Sequence record: NC_054905.1
DNA from: Enterobacteria phage Kha5h
Reading direction: 5' to 3' (one strand)
Length of the DNA: 64,000 bases
Below the pieces are notes generated by a model. That model saw only the letters and a list, made by a program, of their open reading frames with translations, was not told the DNA's origin and did not search any database. Below are positions 1-11,342 of the stretch, piece by piece (the stretch's first letter is position 1; each line of letters opens with the position of its first letter). Both the position numbers and the translations under genes were made by a program.

Positions 1-6
1 GTTATT

Positions 7-879
<873 letters not shown>

Positions 880-890
880 ATTATCTCCTA

Positions 891-1223
891 TTAAAAAGGA
901 TCAGGAACATATCCACTAGCTTTAATCATTTTAACTAATGTTACCATTCCTTTGTTAACTGCTTGTGAGATTTCATCAAAAACTTCATCATTAAAAAGTT
1001 CTAGCACACCCTTCTGAACTTTTAATTTACAGCCAACAATTTCGTCATCGCCTATAGTAAATTCATTACCGCCAATTCCACCGAAAAACTTAATTACCCC
1101 AGTTAACTGTCTTCCACGAGAATATGGGTCATGTGATAAAGTAATATGAGTCACCCCAGGTACAGTTTTAAATTGACAGCGAATGTTTACTTGAGAAATT
1201 CCAGTTACATGAATGTCAGACAT
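891..1223 (-). CDS. hypothetical early protein (110 aa)
   Basis: track ORF in compact head-to-tail array. Confidence 0.55.
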   Translation of the reverse strand: MSDIHVTGISQVNIRCQFKTVPGVTHITLSHDPYSRGRQLTGVIKFFGGIGGNEFTIGDDEIVGCKLKVQKGVLELFNDEVFDEISQAVNKGMVTLVKMIKASGYVPDPF

Positions 1224-1233
1224 AATATTTTCC

Positions 1234-1476
1234 TCAAACAGACTTTTTCACAATTTTCCAATCAGCTTTAAACTGTTCAACGTCAGAATGGTAAATCCAG
1301 AATCCTGCGCTTTCTCCATCCTCATAAAGAGGGCATCCATCACATTCATCTTCCCACCCCATGTCACGTAAAAGATGTTCAGCTTTTTCAACAAGTTCAG
1401 AATCTTTACCGATGATATTAAAATACCATTTACCTTTAACTTCTGAATCTTTGATGCTCTGACGTTGTAATCTCAT
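1234..1476 (-). CDS. hypothetical early protein (80 aa)
   Basis: track ORF immediately downstream of an early-promoter-like motif. Confidence 0.55.
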   Translation of the reverse strand: MRLQRQSIKDSEVKGKWYFNIIGKDSELVEKAEHLLRDMGWEDECDGCPLYEDGESAGFWIYHSDVEQFKADWKIVKKSV

Positions 1477-1501
1477 TTTATTCTCCTTAGTTGATAGGGT
1501 A

Positions 1502-1531
1502 ATAGTATCACACTACTACCCTTCTGTAAAC
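1502..1531 (-). promoter_or_regulatory. sigma70-type phage early promoter (-35 GTTTAC, 18-nt spacer, -10 TACTAT)
   Basis: minus-strand GTTTAC at 1526..1531 and TACTAT at 1502..1507; same cassette recurs through the window. Confidence 0.5.
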
Positions 1532-1917
1532 TACTTTTTGAAAGTTTTTCGCAAAAGTTCAATGATTTCATCTACATTGTTTTCGTCTACAATGCAGTGA
1601 ATTTTTGTTACGCCAGAAACTATACCTTCATTAGCGGATTGAGGCTTTTCTAAAGTTACCTCAGTAAAGTATTTGAATTCTTCAGAGTAAATCTCAAAAT
1701 ACGTCTCAAGTGGGCCACCCGCCATGTATTCAGTGCCATCTTCCATAGTTACACGTACCACACATTCACCAGCACAATCATCACTTTCCATTTCATCTAC
1801 AACAAAACTAGGTCCGTGCTTCTCTATTAAATTTAGCATCATTACATTGCAACGACACTCGTTAGCAAAGTCATTTTTAAATAAAGGGTTAATGATATAA
1901 GTTTTTCCAACTTCCAT
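1531..1917 (-). CDS. hypothetical early protein (128 aa)
   Basis: track ORF. Confidence 0.55.
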   Translation of the reverse strand: MEVGKTYIINPLFKNDFANECRCNVMMLNLIEKHGPSFVVDEMESDDCAGECVVRVTMEDGTEYMAGGPLETYFEIYSEEFKYFTEVTLEKPQSANEGIVSGVTKIHCIVDENNVDEIIELLRKTFKK

Positions 1918-1963
1918 TTTGATTTCCTCATTTTAACGGGGCTATCAAATAGCCCCTTGATAA

Positions 1964-2191
1964 TTATTGTTCAATCAATCCCATGTAAAATTCTGCGTCT
2001 TCAGAATCCATGCCATCACAATATTCATTAGCCATAAAGCGGGTGAGGTCTTCAAGAGGACCTTCAATAACGATTTGAATACTCCAAAACTTAGAATCTT
2101 GCACGCTTGTGATACTAAGTTCAGGATAACGATTACGAATAATTTCTTCAATATATTCAAAATCAACGATGTCAATATCAACTTTAGCCAT
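1964..2191 (-). CDS. hypothetical early protein (~75 aa; start moved to internal ATG with strong SD AAAGAGGAAA)
   Basis: track ORF 1964..2254 extends into the promoter; ATG at 2189..2191 is preceded by a Shine-Dalgarno. Confidence 0.5.
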   Translation of the reverse strand: MAKVDIDIVDFEYIEEIIRNRYPELSITSVQDSKFWSIQIVIEGPLEDLTRFMANEYCDGMDSEDAEFYMGLIEQ

Positions 2192-2234
2192 ATTATTTTC
2201 CTCTTTAATCATCAGCAGTATTGCCGATAGTTGT

Positions 2235-2264
2235 ATAGTACCACGGAAGAACAAGGATGTAAAC
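2235..2264 (-). promoter_or_regulatory. phage early promoter (GTTTAC, 18 nt, TACTAT)
   Basis: minus-strand GTTTAC 2259..2264, TACTAT 2235..2240. Confidence 0.5.
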
Positions 2265-2297
2265 CGTTTTGTGAAAAAAAATTTTTGAAATAAAAAA

Positions 2298-2316
2298 GGG
2301 GACCCTAGAGGTCCCC
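2298..2316 (-). terminator. rho-independent terminator downstream of gene 32
   Basis: 7-bp GC stem ggggacc/ggtcccc with 5-nt loop, followed on the minus strand by a T-run. Confidence 0.7.
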
Positions 2317-2338
2317 GATTAATTAGTAATATAATCTA

Positions 2339-3247
2339 TTAAAGGTCATTCAAAAGGTCATCCAGGTCCGTGTCATCAGCACTAGATGAACTACCAGAGC
2401 TTGAGCTCATAAAATCATCTTCAGTTTTTGTATTGAAGTCATCAACATTGAATGCATCCAAATCATCAGCAACTTTATCAGCTTTCTTAGCAGCAGTTGC
2501 AGCGGCACCGCCCATCACAGCAGTTCCCATGACTTGACCGAATTTAGTGCTCAGTTCTTCAAATGATTTGAATTTATCTTTAGAAGTCATTTCAGAAAGG
2601 TCAACCATTTGTTCGAACAGTTCTTTCTGGAAAGATTCATCATCAATGTTTGGAATCGCAGATTGATTCAGGAATTTAGATTCGTCGTAGTTACTAAAAC
2701 CAGAAACTTGTTTAACTTTCAGTACAAAGTTAGCACCTTCCCACGGACAAGTTACATCAACCGGAGTTTCACCCATTTCAACATCAACTGCAATCATTGC
2801 ATTGATTTTATCCCAGATTTTCTTACCGAAACGGTATTTAAATACTTTACCTTCGTTTTCTGGAGCAGCTGGGTCTTTTACTACAAGAATGTTAGCCCAG
2901 TAAGAAGTTTTACGTTTAACAAGACCGTACTCTTTATTGTCAGTGTTGTACAGATCATTTTTACTGATGTACTGACATACTGGGCAAGAATCGTAATCAC
3001 CGTGGGTAGATGAACAGTTTTCAATATACCATTTACCATTTTTCTTGAAACCGTGATTTACAAGAATTGCGAATGGTGCTTGTTCATCATTTTTAGACGG
3101 AAGAAAACGAATTACTGCTTGACCGTTACCCGCATTGTCGAGTTTCAGTTTCCACTCGCCTTTATCTTCAGAAGAAAAACCGCCTTTATTTCCAGCCAGT
3201 TTAGCCATTTGTGCAGCGAGTTCAGCAGTAGATTTACGTTTAAACAT
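2339..3247 (-). CDS. 32: single-stranded DNA-binding protein gp32
   Basis: 302 aa; [19 protein letters not shown]... matches T4 gp32 from memory, acidic C-terminus. Confidence 0.97.
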   Translation of the reverse strand: MFKRKSTAELAAQMAKLAGNKGGFSSEDKGEWKLKLDNAGNGQAVIRFLPSKNDEQAPFAILVNHGFKKNGKWYIENCSSTHGDYDSCPVCQYISKNDLYNTDNKEYGLVKRKTSYWANILVVKDPAAPENEGKVFKYRFGKKIWDKINAMIAVDVEMGETPVDVTCPWEGANFVLKVKQVSGFSNYDESKFLNQSAIPNIDDESFQKELFEQMVDLSEMTSKDKFKSFEELSTKFGQVMGTAVMGGAAATAAKKADKVADDLDAFNVDDFNTKTEDDFMSSSSGSSSSADDTDLDDLLNDL

Positions 3248-3330
3248 TTTTATTTCCTTTTTAATTTAATTAACAGTTGGTGCTATGACGATGTATGACC
3301 TCATAGCTGGTCAGTGAGATAATTATAATC
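3248..3330 (-). promoter_or_regulatory. gene 32 autoregulatory translational operator (5' leader pseudoknot plus AU-rich tract)
   Basis: minus-strand leader reads GCUAUGAGGUCAUACAUCGUCAUAGCACCAACUGUUAAUUAAAUUAAAAAGGAAAUAAAAAUG, as remembered for the T4 gene 32 operator. Confidence 0.75.
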
Positions 3331-3338
3331 TATTTATA
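3331..3338 (-). promoter_or_regulatory. late-promoter-like TATAAATA box upstream of gene 32
   Basis: exact TATAAATA on the minus strand. Confidence 0.45.
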
Positions 3339-3346
3339 ATAAGCAA

Positions 3347-4000
3347 TTAATACTTGCAAGATTTCACAGTTTCAATAAAAACACTTTTAGCTTTCTGTGA
3401 ATCAATATTTAAAATTTTTCTATAAGCCTTTAACTTTATAGAATAATTATTCCAGACTAAATTATCAGTCTGTTCATCATGTTTATCAATTATATTTAAA
3501 AACGAATCAAGCAAGATAAACGTCTCAAACGAAATTATGTTCGATTGCAGAAGTTTAAAAATATAACTTGACTGAACCTTTGGATTATATTCAAAGATTT
3601 CTTTAAAAGCAGAAACTTCAACTTTTTTACTAAAATAATAAATGTTGCGAATATCTTCTTCAAACTTAAATTTAATTTGCTTTAAGCGTCCGATATATTC
3701 ACGATAAAACACAAGTGCATCAGCGTCAGAGATGTCACCAATCCAAGCATCTTGGTTAGCAACCAAATTGCTTATAAAGATTAAAGCAAGTTCCTTTAAT
3801 TTATATTTTTCTGATAACTTCTGGAAAAAATACTTATCCCTTCGCTTTTGATAAGCGGCATCAGACACCCGCATGCACCAATTATACTTAATAACATCAT
3901 ACTTTCCATTCATATGCTGTTTTATCATTAAGTATAATTTATAAACTGATTTACCATCAATGTATCTTTCACCACCAGCAGGCATGCGGAGTTTAATCAT
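3347..4000 (-). CDS. 59: gp59 helicase loader
   Basis: 217 aa, matches T4 gp59 from memory. Confidence 0.93.
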   Translation of the reverse strand: MIKLRMPAGGERYIDGKSVYKLYLMIKQHMNGKYDVIKYNWCMRVSDAAYQKRRDKYFFQKLSEKYKLKELALIFISNLVANQDAWIGDISDADALVFYREYIGRLKQIKFKFEEDIRNIYYFSKKVEVSAFKEIFEYNPKVQSSYIFKLLQSNIISFETFILLDSFLNIIDKHDEQTDNLVWNNYSIKLKAYRKILNIDSQKAKSVFIETVKSCKY

Positions 4001-4335
4001 AGCAGAAAATCTAATGTATTAGTTTTTTCACAACGAACAACAGAAGGACGTAAAAGATTTTCGTCAATGGCTTCTGACTGAATTTTTTCAATTATACCCG
4101 AAGGAATAAATTTAGCAAATTGAGTTTCAGGAATAGAATTTTCTTCCAAGAATGCTGTTGTAGCTTCAAGATAACTCATTCCAAACTCTTCTACCATTTT
4201 TTCAATAATAAATCCATTTTCTTGACGATCAAGAAGCTTTGCTATTTCATCCTTTTCTTTCTTAATTGAAAGTTCTTTTTCTGAAAGACCGGTCTCATCG
4301 ACCGGACGAATATCATTTAGAGAAAACTGTGTCAT
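3997..4335 (-). CDS. 33: gp33 late-transcription co-activator
   Basis: 112 aa from ATG 4335 (MTQFSLNDIRPVDETGLSEKELSIKKEKDEIAKLLDRQENGF...); track ORF starts 3 codons upstream. Confidence 0.88.
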   Translation of the reverse strand: MTQFSLNDIRPVDETGLSEKELSIKKEKDEIAKLLDRQENGFIIEKMVEEFGMSYLEATTAFLEENSIPETQFAKFIPSGIIEKIQSEAIDENLLRPSVVRCEKTNTLDFLL

Positions 4336-4582
4336 AAAGTTCAACTACCTCTTCAGTTTCAGCTTCAAACACATCACGGTTATCTTTATGATACAAAGCT
4401 AATAGACGATTAAACATCTTACCATCAACGCCAAGTTCATCTTTAGCACGAATTCGAATATCTTTAATCAGTTCATTATAACCGGAAATTTTCAGTTTAT
4501 GATCAGATGCTTCTTTAATAAATTTAGCCAAATCTTCGCCGTGGATAGCTTCATCAAATTCAACCATTTCTTTTTTAGCCAT
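4313..4582 (-). CDS. dsbA: dsDNA-binding protein DsbA
   Basis: 89 aa, T4 position between rnh and 33. Confidence 0.8.
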   Translation of the reverse strand: MAKKEMVEFDEAIHGEDLAKFIKEASDHKLKISGYNELIKDIRIRAKDELGVDGKMFNRLLALYHKDNRDVFEAETEEVVELYDTVFSK

Positions 4583-4590
4583 TATTCACC

Positions 4591-5508
4591 TCAAAATTCA
4601 TTAATGCTATTAGTTAATTTAGAAAGACCCGCTTTTACAAAATATGAATAAATTTTGCCACGCGGTGGTAATTTATATGAATTATAGTAATTCACAATGT
4701 TTGAAGCAATATTATCAGGAATATAATCAAAATCAATTAGAACTAAATTTTCTTTATAACGATTATATTCAGATTCTGTGAGAAGCACCTTAGCTTGCTC
4801 ACGGTCATTAGCAATAGCTTCAACGATTGAAGTTTTCATTGAAGGAGTTCGTTCACCTTCAACTTTGGTAAACCAAAAGTCAGATCGTACTTTAACTGAA
4901 GCAACGTTATCCTTTTTGTCGCCTTTAAGGATTTTAGTCATGCAATCAATTTCAGCAGAACCGCTTTTAATTTTAACCCATTTCTTATGCATCGGTGACC
5001 ATTGCTTAACATTTGGGTATTTGTGAAGCTGTGTAAAGTCACCATCCGACGAAATGATTAAAATCTTATGTCCTTCTAAAGAGAACTTTTTAACAAGAAC
5101 AGCAATATGGTCATCTGCTTCATACTTATCAATATCCATAACAATGTATGGCATATAAGCTTTCAATTCATCTATAACTTTATGGCTGGATTCAAAATAA
5201 CCTTCCCAGTCCCAAGTAGATTCTTCTCGTGCTTTTCCACGGTTTTTCTTGTAATAATACGCAAAATCACGACGCCAGTATCCAGATTTCGCGTTATCAA
5301 TACACAGTACAATTTTAGTGTATCCAAGCGTTTTTGCTTTTTTGACATTAAACTTAATTGAGTTCAATATCAAATGACGAACCATTGATAAATTAATTTT
5401 TTCTTTATCTGGGAAGTTTACCAAAGCAGTTGAAAGCGCAATTTGACTAAAGTCAATAAAGCAAATTCCTTCTTTGTAATCTTCATCCAGCATCATTTCT
5501 AAATCCAT
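4591..5508 (-). CDS. rnh: RNase H (5'-3' exonuclease, FEN family)
   Basis: 305 aa from ATG 5508 (MDLEMMLDEDYKEGICFIDFSQ...); track ORF begins at an upstream TTG. Confidence 0.93.
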   Translation of the reverse strand: MDLEMMLDEDYKEGICFIDFSQIALSTALVNFPDKEKINLSMVRHLILNSIKFNVKKAKTLGYTKIVLCIDNAKSGYWRRDFAYYYKKNRGKAREESTWDWEGYFESSHKVIDELKAYMPYIVMDIDKYEADDHIAVLVKKFSLEGHKILIISSDGDFTQLHKYPNVKQWSPMHKKWVKIKSGSAEIDCMTKILKGDKKDNVASVKVRSDFWFTKVEGERTPSMKTSIVEAIANDREQAKVLLTESEYNRYKENLVLIDFDYIPDNIASNIVNYYNSYKLPPRGKIYSYFVKAGLSKLTNSINEF

Positions 5509-5570
5509 ATGAACCTCGTTCAATTAGTGAGATTTCTATTATATACCATCCAAATCTTAAAGTAAACAAG

Positions 5571-5578
5571 TATAAATA
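5571..5578 (+). promoter_or_regulatory. late promoter (TATAAATA) for gene 34
   Basis: exact TATAAATA 35 nt upstream of the gene 34 ATG. Confidence 0.7.
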
Positions 5579-5612
5579 CTTATTATTGAAAACACAATAG
5601 GAGCCCGGGAGA

Positions 5613-8600
5613 ATGGCCGAGATTAAAAGAAAGTTCAGAGCAGAAGATGGTCTGGACGCAGGTGGTGATAAAATAATCAACGTAGCTTTAGCTGATCGTA
5701 CCGTAGGAACTGACGGTGTTAACGTTGATTACTTAATTCAAGAAAACACAGTTCAACAATACGATCCAACTCGTGGATATTTAAAAGATTTTGTAATCAT
5801 TTATGATAATCGCTTTTGGGCTGCTATAAATGATATTCCAAAACCGGCAGGAGCTTTTAATAGCGGACGCTGGAGAGCATTACGTACCGATGCTAACTGG
5901 ATTACGGTTTCATCTGGTTCATATCAATTAAAATCTGGTGAAGCTATTTCGGTTAACACCGCAGCTGGTAATGATATTACATTTACTTTACCATCTACCC
6001 CAATTGATGGTGATACTATCGTTCTCCAAGATATTGGAGGAAAACCTGGAGTTAACCAAGTTTTAATTGTAGCTCCAGTGCAAAGTATTGTAAACTTCAG
6101 AGGCGAACAAGTACGTTCAGTACTAATGACTCATCCAAAGTCACAGTTAGTTTTAATTTTTAGTAATCGTCTGTGGCAAATGTATGTAGCTGATTATAGT
6201 AGAGAAGCTGTAGTTGTAACACCAGCGAATACTTATCAAGCGCAATCCAACGACTTTATCGTACGTAGATTTACTTCTGCTGCACCGATAAATATTAAAC
6301 TTCCGAGATTTGCTAATCACGGCGATATTATTAATTTCGTCGATTTGGATAAATTAAACCCTCTTTATCATACAATTGTTACGACATACGATGAAACGAC
6401 ATCAGTACAAGAAGATGGAACTCATTCCATTGAAGGCCGTACATCGATTGATGGCTTTTTAATGTATGATGATAACGAAAAATTATGGAGACTGTTTGAC
6501 GGGGACAGTAAAGCACGTTTACGCATTATAACAACCAATTCTAATATTCGTCCAAATGAAGAAGTTATGGTATTTGGTGCGAATAATGGAACAACCCAAA
6601 CAATTGAACTTCAGCTTCCAACTAATATTTCTGTTGGTGATACTGTTAAAATTTCCATGAATTACATGAGAAAAGGACAAACAGTTAAAATCAAAGCTGC
6701 CGGTGAAGATAAAATTGCTTCTTCGGTTCAATTGTTGCAATTCCCAAAACGCTCAGAATATCCGCCTGAAGCTGAATGGGTTACAGTCCAAGAATTAGTT
6801 TTTAACGGTGAAACTAATTATGTTCCAGTTTTACAACTTGCTTATATTGAAGATTCTGATGGAAAATATTGGGTTGTACAGCAAAACGTTCCAACTGTCG
6901 AAAGAGTAGATTCTTTAAATGATTCTACTAGAGCAAGATTAGGCGTAATTGCTTTAGCTACACAAGCTCAAGCTAACGTCGATTTAGAAAATTCTCCACA
7001 AAAAGAATTAGCAATTACTCCAGAAACATTAGCTAACCGTACTGCTACAGAAACTCGTAGAGGTATCGCAAGAATAGCAACTACTGCTCAAGTGAATCAG
7101 AACACCACATTCTCTTTTGCTGATGATATTATCATCACTCCTAAAAAGCTGAATGAAAGAACTGCTACAGAAACTCGTAGAGGTGTTGCTGAAATTGCTA
7201 CGCAACAGGAAACTAATGCAGGTACTGATGATACTACAATCATCACTCCTAAAAAGCTTCAAGCTCGACAAGGTTCTGAATCATTATCTGGTATTGTAAC
7301 CTTTGTATCTACCGCAGGAGCTACTCCAGCTTCTAGCCGTGAATTAAATGGTACGAATGTTTATAATAAAAACACTAATAATTTAGTTGTTTCGCCAAAA
7401 GCTTTGGATCAATATAAAGCTACTCCAACGCAACAAGGTGCAGTAATTTTAGCAGTTGAAAGTGAAGTAATTGCTGGACAAAGCCAAGAAGGATGGGCAA
7501 ATGCGGTTGTAACGCCAGAAACGTTACATAAAAAGACATCAACTGATGGAAGAATTGGTTTAATTGAAATTGCTACGCAAAGTGAAGTTAATACAGGAAC
7601 TGATTATACTCGTGCAGTCACTCCTAAAACTTTAAATGACCGTAGAGCAACTGAAAGTTTAAGTGGTATAGCTAAAATTGCTACACAAGTTGAATTCGAC
7701 GCAGGCGTCGACGATACTCGTATCTCTACACCATTAAAAATTAAAACTAGATTTAATAGTACTGATCGTACTTCTGTTGTTGCTCTATCTGGATTAGTTG
7801 AATCAGGAACTCTCTGGGACCATTATACCCTTAATATTCTTGAAGCAAATGAGACACAGCGTGGTACACTTCGTGTAGCTACACAGGTTGAAGCTGCTGC
7901 AGGAACATTAGATAATGTTTTAATAACTCCTAAAAAGCTTTTAGGTACTAAATCTACCGAAGCACAGGAAGGTGTTATTAAAGTTGCAACTCAGTCTGAA
8001 ACTGTAGCTGGAACGTCAGCGAACACTGCTGTATCTCCAAAAAATTTAAAATGGATTGTGCAGAGTGAACCTACTTGGGCAGCTACTACTGCAATAAGAG
8101 GTTTTGTTAAAACTTCATCTGGTTCAATTACATTCGTTGGTAATGATACAGTCGGTTCTACCCAAGATTTAGAACTGTATGAGAAAAATAGCTATGCGGT
8201 ATCACCATATGAATTAAACCGTGTATTAGCAAATTATTTGCCATTAAAAGCAAAAGCTGCTGATACAAATTTATTGGATGGTCTAGATTCATCTCAGTTC
8301 ATTCGTAGGGATATTGCACAGACAGTTAATGGTTCACTAACCTTAACCCAACAAACGAATCTGAGTGCCCCTCTTGTATCATCTAGTACTGGTGAATTTG
8401 GTGGTTCATTGGCCGCTAACTCAGCATTTACTATCCGTAACACAGGAACTATGACGCCCCGTATCGTTTTCGAAAAAGGTCCTGCATCTGGTGCAAACCC
8501 GGCACAGTCAATGAGTATTCGTGTATGGGGTAACCAATTTGGTGGCGGTAGTGATACGACTCGTTCGACAGTGCTTGAAGTTGGCGATGAAACATCTTAT

Positions 8601-9485
8601 CACTTTTATTCTCAACGTAATAAAGACGGTAATATAGCGTTTAGCATTAATGGTACTGTAATGCCAATAAATGTTAATGCTTCCGGTTTGATGAATGTGA
8701 ATGGCACTGCAACATTCGGTCGTTCAGTTACAGCCAATGGTGAATTCATTAGCAAGTCTGCAAATGCATTTAGAGCAATTAGTGGTGATTACGGATTCTT
8801 TATTCGCAATGATGCTGCTAATACCTATTTTATGCTCACTGCATCTGGTGATCAGACTGGCGGATTTAATGGATTACGTCCTTTAGCTATTAATAATGCA
8901 TCTGGTCAGGTTACGATTGGTGAAGGCTTAATCATTGCCAAAGGTGTTACTATAAATTCAGGTGGTTTGACTGTTAACTCGAGAATTCGTTCTCAGGGTA
9001 CTAAAACAGCTGATTTATATACCCGTGCGCCAACATCTGATACTGTAGGATTCTGGTCAATCGATATTAACGATTCAGCCACTTATAACCAGTTCCCAGG
9101 TTATTTTAAAATGGTTGAAAAAACTAATGAAGTGACTGGGCTTCCATACTTAGAACGTGGCGAAGAAGTTAAATCTCCTGGTACACTGACTCAGTTTGGT
9201 AACACACTTGATTCGCTTTACCAAGATTGGATTACTTATCCAACGACGCCAGAAGCGCGTACCACTCGCTGGACACGTACATGGCAGAAAACCAAAAACT
9301 CTTGGTCAAGTTTTGTTCAGGTATTTGATGGAGGTAACCCTCCTCAACCATCTGATATCGGTGCTTTACCATCTGATAATGCTACAATGGGGAATCTTAC
9401 TATTCGTGATTTCTTACGAATTGGTAATGTTCGCATTATTCCTGACCCAGTGAATAAAACGGTTAAATTTGAATGGGTTGAATAA
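5613..9485 (+). CDS. 34: long tail fibre proximal subunit gp34
   Basis: 1290 aa; length and sequence as T4 gp34. Confidence 0.96.
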   Translation: MAEIKRKFRAEDGLDAGGDKIINVALADRTVGTDGVNVDYLIQENTVQQYDPTRGYLKDFVIIYDNRFWAAINDIPKPAGAFNSGRWRALRTDANWITVSSGSYQLKSGEAISVNTAAGNDITFTLPSTPIDGDTIVLQDIGGKPGVNQVLIVAPVQSIVNFRGEQVRSVLMTHPKSQLVLIFSNRLWQMYVADYSREAVVVTPANTYQAQSNDFIVRRFTSAAPINIKLPRFANHGDIINFVDLDKLNPLYHTIVTTYDETTSVQEDGTHSIEGRTSIDGFLMYDDNEKLWRLFDGDSKARLRIITTNSNIRPNEEVMVFGANNGTTQTIELQLPTNISVGDTVKISMNYMRKGQTVKIKAAGEDKIASSVQLLQFPKRSEYPPEAEWVTVQELVFNGETNYVPVLQLAYIEDSDGKYWVVQQNVPTVERVDSLNDSTRARLGVIALATQAQANVDLENSPQKELAITPETLANRTATETRRGIARIATTAQVNQNTTFSFADDIIITPKKLNERTATETRRGVAEIATQQETNAGTDDTTIITPKKLQARQGSESLSGIVTFVSTAGATPASSRELNGTNVYNKNTNNLVVSPKALDQYKATPTQQGAVILAVESEVIAGQSQEGWANAVVTPETLHKKTSTDGRIGLIEIATQSEVNTGTDYTRAVTPKTLNDRRATESLSGIAKIATQVEFDAGVDDTRISTPLKIKTRFNSTDRTSVVALSGLVESGTLWDHYTLNILEANETQRGTLRVATQVEAAAGTLDNVLITPKKLLGTKSTEAQEGVIKVATQSETVAGTSANTAVSPKNLKWIVQSEPTWAATTAIRGFVKTSSGSITFVGNDTVGSTQDLELYEKNSYAVSPYELNRVLANYLPLKAKAADTNLLDGLDSSQFIRRDIAQTVNGSLTLTQQTNLSAPLVSSSTGEFGGSLAANSAFTIRNTGTMTPRIVFEKGPASGANPAQSMSIRVWGNQFGGGSDTTRSTVLEVGDETSYHFYSQRNKDGNIAFSINGTVMPINVNASGLMNVNGTATFGRSVTANGEFISKSANAFRAISGDYGFFIRNDAANTYFMLTASGDQTGGFNGLRPLAINNASGQVTIGEGLIIAKGVTINSGGLTVNSRIRSQGTKTADLYTRAPTSDTVGFWSIDINDSATYNQFPGYFKMVEKTNEVTGLPYLERGEEVKSPGTLTQFGNTLDSLYQDWITYPTTPEARTTRWTRTWQKTKNSWSSFVQVFDGGNPPQPSDIGALPSDNATMGNLTIRDFLRIGNVRIIPDPVNKTVKFEWVE

Positions 9486-9493
9486 GAGGTATT

Positions 9494-10609
9494 ATGGAAA
9501 AATTTATGGCAGAGTTTGGACAAGGATATGTCCAAACGCCATTTTTATCGGAAAGTAATTCAGTAAGATACAAAATAAGTATAGCGGGTTCTTGCCCGCT
9601 TTCTACTGCAGGACCATACGTTAAATTTCAGGATAATCCTGTAGGAAGTCAAACATTTAGCGCAGGTCTTCATTTAAGAGTTTTTGACCCTTCCACCGGA
9701 GCATTAGTTGATAGTAAGTCATATGCTTTTTCGACTTCAAATGATACTACATCAGCTGCTTTTGTTAGTTTCATGAATTCTTTGGCGAATAATAGACTTG
9801 TTGCTATATTAACTAACGGAAAAGTTAATTTTCCTCCTGAAGTAGCATCTTGGTTAAGAACCGCCGGAACGTCTGCTTTTCCATCTGATTCTATATTGTC
9901 AAGATTTGACGTATCATATGCTGCTTTTTATACTTCTTCTAAAAGAGCTATCGCATTAGAGCATGTTAAACTGAGTAATAGAAAAAGCACAGATGACTAT
10001 CAAACTATTTTAGATGTTGTATTTGACAGTTTAGAAGACGTCGGAGCTACCGGGTTTCCAAGAAGAACGTATGAAAGCGTTGAGCAATTCATGTCAGCGG
10101 TTGGTGGAACTAATAACGAAATTGCAAGATTACCAACTTCAGCTGCTATAAGTAAATTATCTGATTATAATTTAATTCCCGGAGATGTTCTTTATCTTAA
10201 AGCTCAGTTATATGCTGATGCCGATTTACTTGCTCTTGGAACTACAAATATATCTATCCGTTTTTATAATGCATCAAATGGATATATTTCTTCAACACAA
10301 GCTGAATTTACTGGGCAAGCTGGGTCATGGGAATTAAAGGAAGATTATGTAGTTGTTCCAGAAAACGCAGTAGGATTTACGATATATGCACAAAGAACTG
10401 CACAAGCTGGTCAAGGCGGCATGAGAAATTTAAGTTTTTCTGAAGTATCAAGAAACGGCGGTATTTCAAAACCTGCTGAATTTGGCGTCAATGGTATTCG
10501 TGTTAATTATATCTGTGAATCTGCTTCACCTCCGGATATAATGGTACTTCCTACACAAGCATCGTCTAAAACTGGTAAAGTGTTTGGACAAGAATTTAGA
10601 GAAGTATAA
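9494..10609 (+). CDS. 35: long tail fibre hinge protein gp35
   Basis: 371 aa, synteny. Confidence 0.93.
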   Translation: MEKFMAEFGQGYVQTPFLSESNSVRYKISIAGSCPLSTAGPYVKFQDNPVGSQTFSAGLHLRVFDPSTGALVDSKSYAFSTSNDTTSAAFVSFMNSLANNRLVAILTNGKVNFPPEVASWLRTAGTSAFPSDSILSRFDVSYAAFYTSSKRAIALEHVKLSNRKSTDDYQTILDVVFDSLEDVGATGFPRRTYESVEQFMSAVGGTNNEIARLPTSAAISKLSDYNLIPGDVLYLKAQLYADADLLALGTTNISIRFYNASNGYISSTQAEFTGQAGSWELKEDYVVVPENAVGFTIYAQRTAQAGQGGMRNLSFSEVSRNGGISKPAEFGVNGIRVNYICESASPPDIMVLPTQASSKTGKVFGQEFREV

Positions 10610-10614
10610 ATTGA

Positions 10615-10640
10615 GGGAGCCTTCGGGTTCCCTTTTTCTT
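10615..10640 (+). terminator. hairpin plus T-run after gene 35
   Basis: gggagccttcgggttccc followed by tttttcttt. Confidence 0.55.
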
Positions 10641-10648
10641 TATAAATA
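10641..10648 (+). promoter_or_regulatory. late promoter (TATAAATA) for genes 36-37
   Basis: exact TATAAATA 23 nt upstream of the gene 36 ATG. Confidence 0.7.
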
Positions 10649-10671
10649 CTATTAAAATAAAGGGGCATATA

Positions 10672-11334
10672 ATGGCTGATTTAAAAGTAGGTTCAACAAC
10701 TGGAGGCTCTGTCATTTGGCATCAAGGAAATTTTCCATTGAATCCAGCCGGTGACGATGTACTCTATAAATCATTTAAAATATATTCAGAATATAATAAA
10801 CCACAAGCTGCTGATAACGATTTCGTTTCTAAAGCTAATGGTGGTACTTACGCCGCGACTGTTCGATTTAATGGAGGAGTACATGTTCCTACTATAGGTA
10901 GTAGTCAACAGTGCGGTGTTTATCCAGGTAACGGTGATGCAGCTACTTTTGCTATGGCAAATATTGACATCGTTTCGTGGAATGGTATTGGTTTTAAATC
11001 ATCACAAGGTTCAGCAGACCGAACTGTTGTAATTAATGCACGTAATGGTGATATTAGTACAAAAGGCGTTATGACAGCAGTAGGTCAAATAAGAAGTAAT
11101 GCAGTTGCTCCTATAGCAGTGAATGACCTTACTAGAAAGGACTATGTTGATGGAGCAATAAATACTGTTACGGCAAATGCGAACTCTAGGGTGCTACGAT
11201 CTGGTGACACCATGACAGGTAATTTAACAGCGCCAAACTTTTTCTCGCAGAATCCTGCATCTCAACCTTCACATGTTCCACGATTTGACCAAATCGTAAT
11301 TAAGGATTCTGTTCAAGATTTCGGCTATTATTAA
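10672..11334 (+). CDS. 36: long tail fibre distal connector gp36
   Basis: 220 aa, synteny. Confidence 0.93.
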   Translation: MADLKVGSTTGGSVIWHQGNFPLNPAGDDVLYKSFKIYSEYNKPQAADNDFVSKANGGTYAATVRFNGGVHVPTIGSSQQCGVYPGNGDAATFAMANIDIVSWNGIGFKSSQGSADRTVVINARNGDISTKGVMTAVGQIRSNAVAPIAVNDLTRKDYVDGAINTVTANANSRVLRSGDTMTGNLTAPNFFSQNPASQPSHVPRFDQIVIKDSVQDFGYY

Positions 11335-11342
11335 GAGGACTT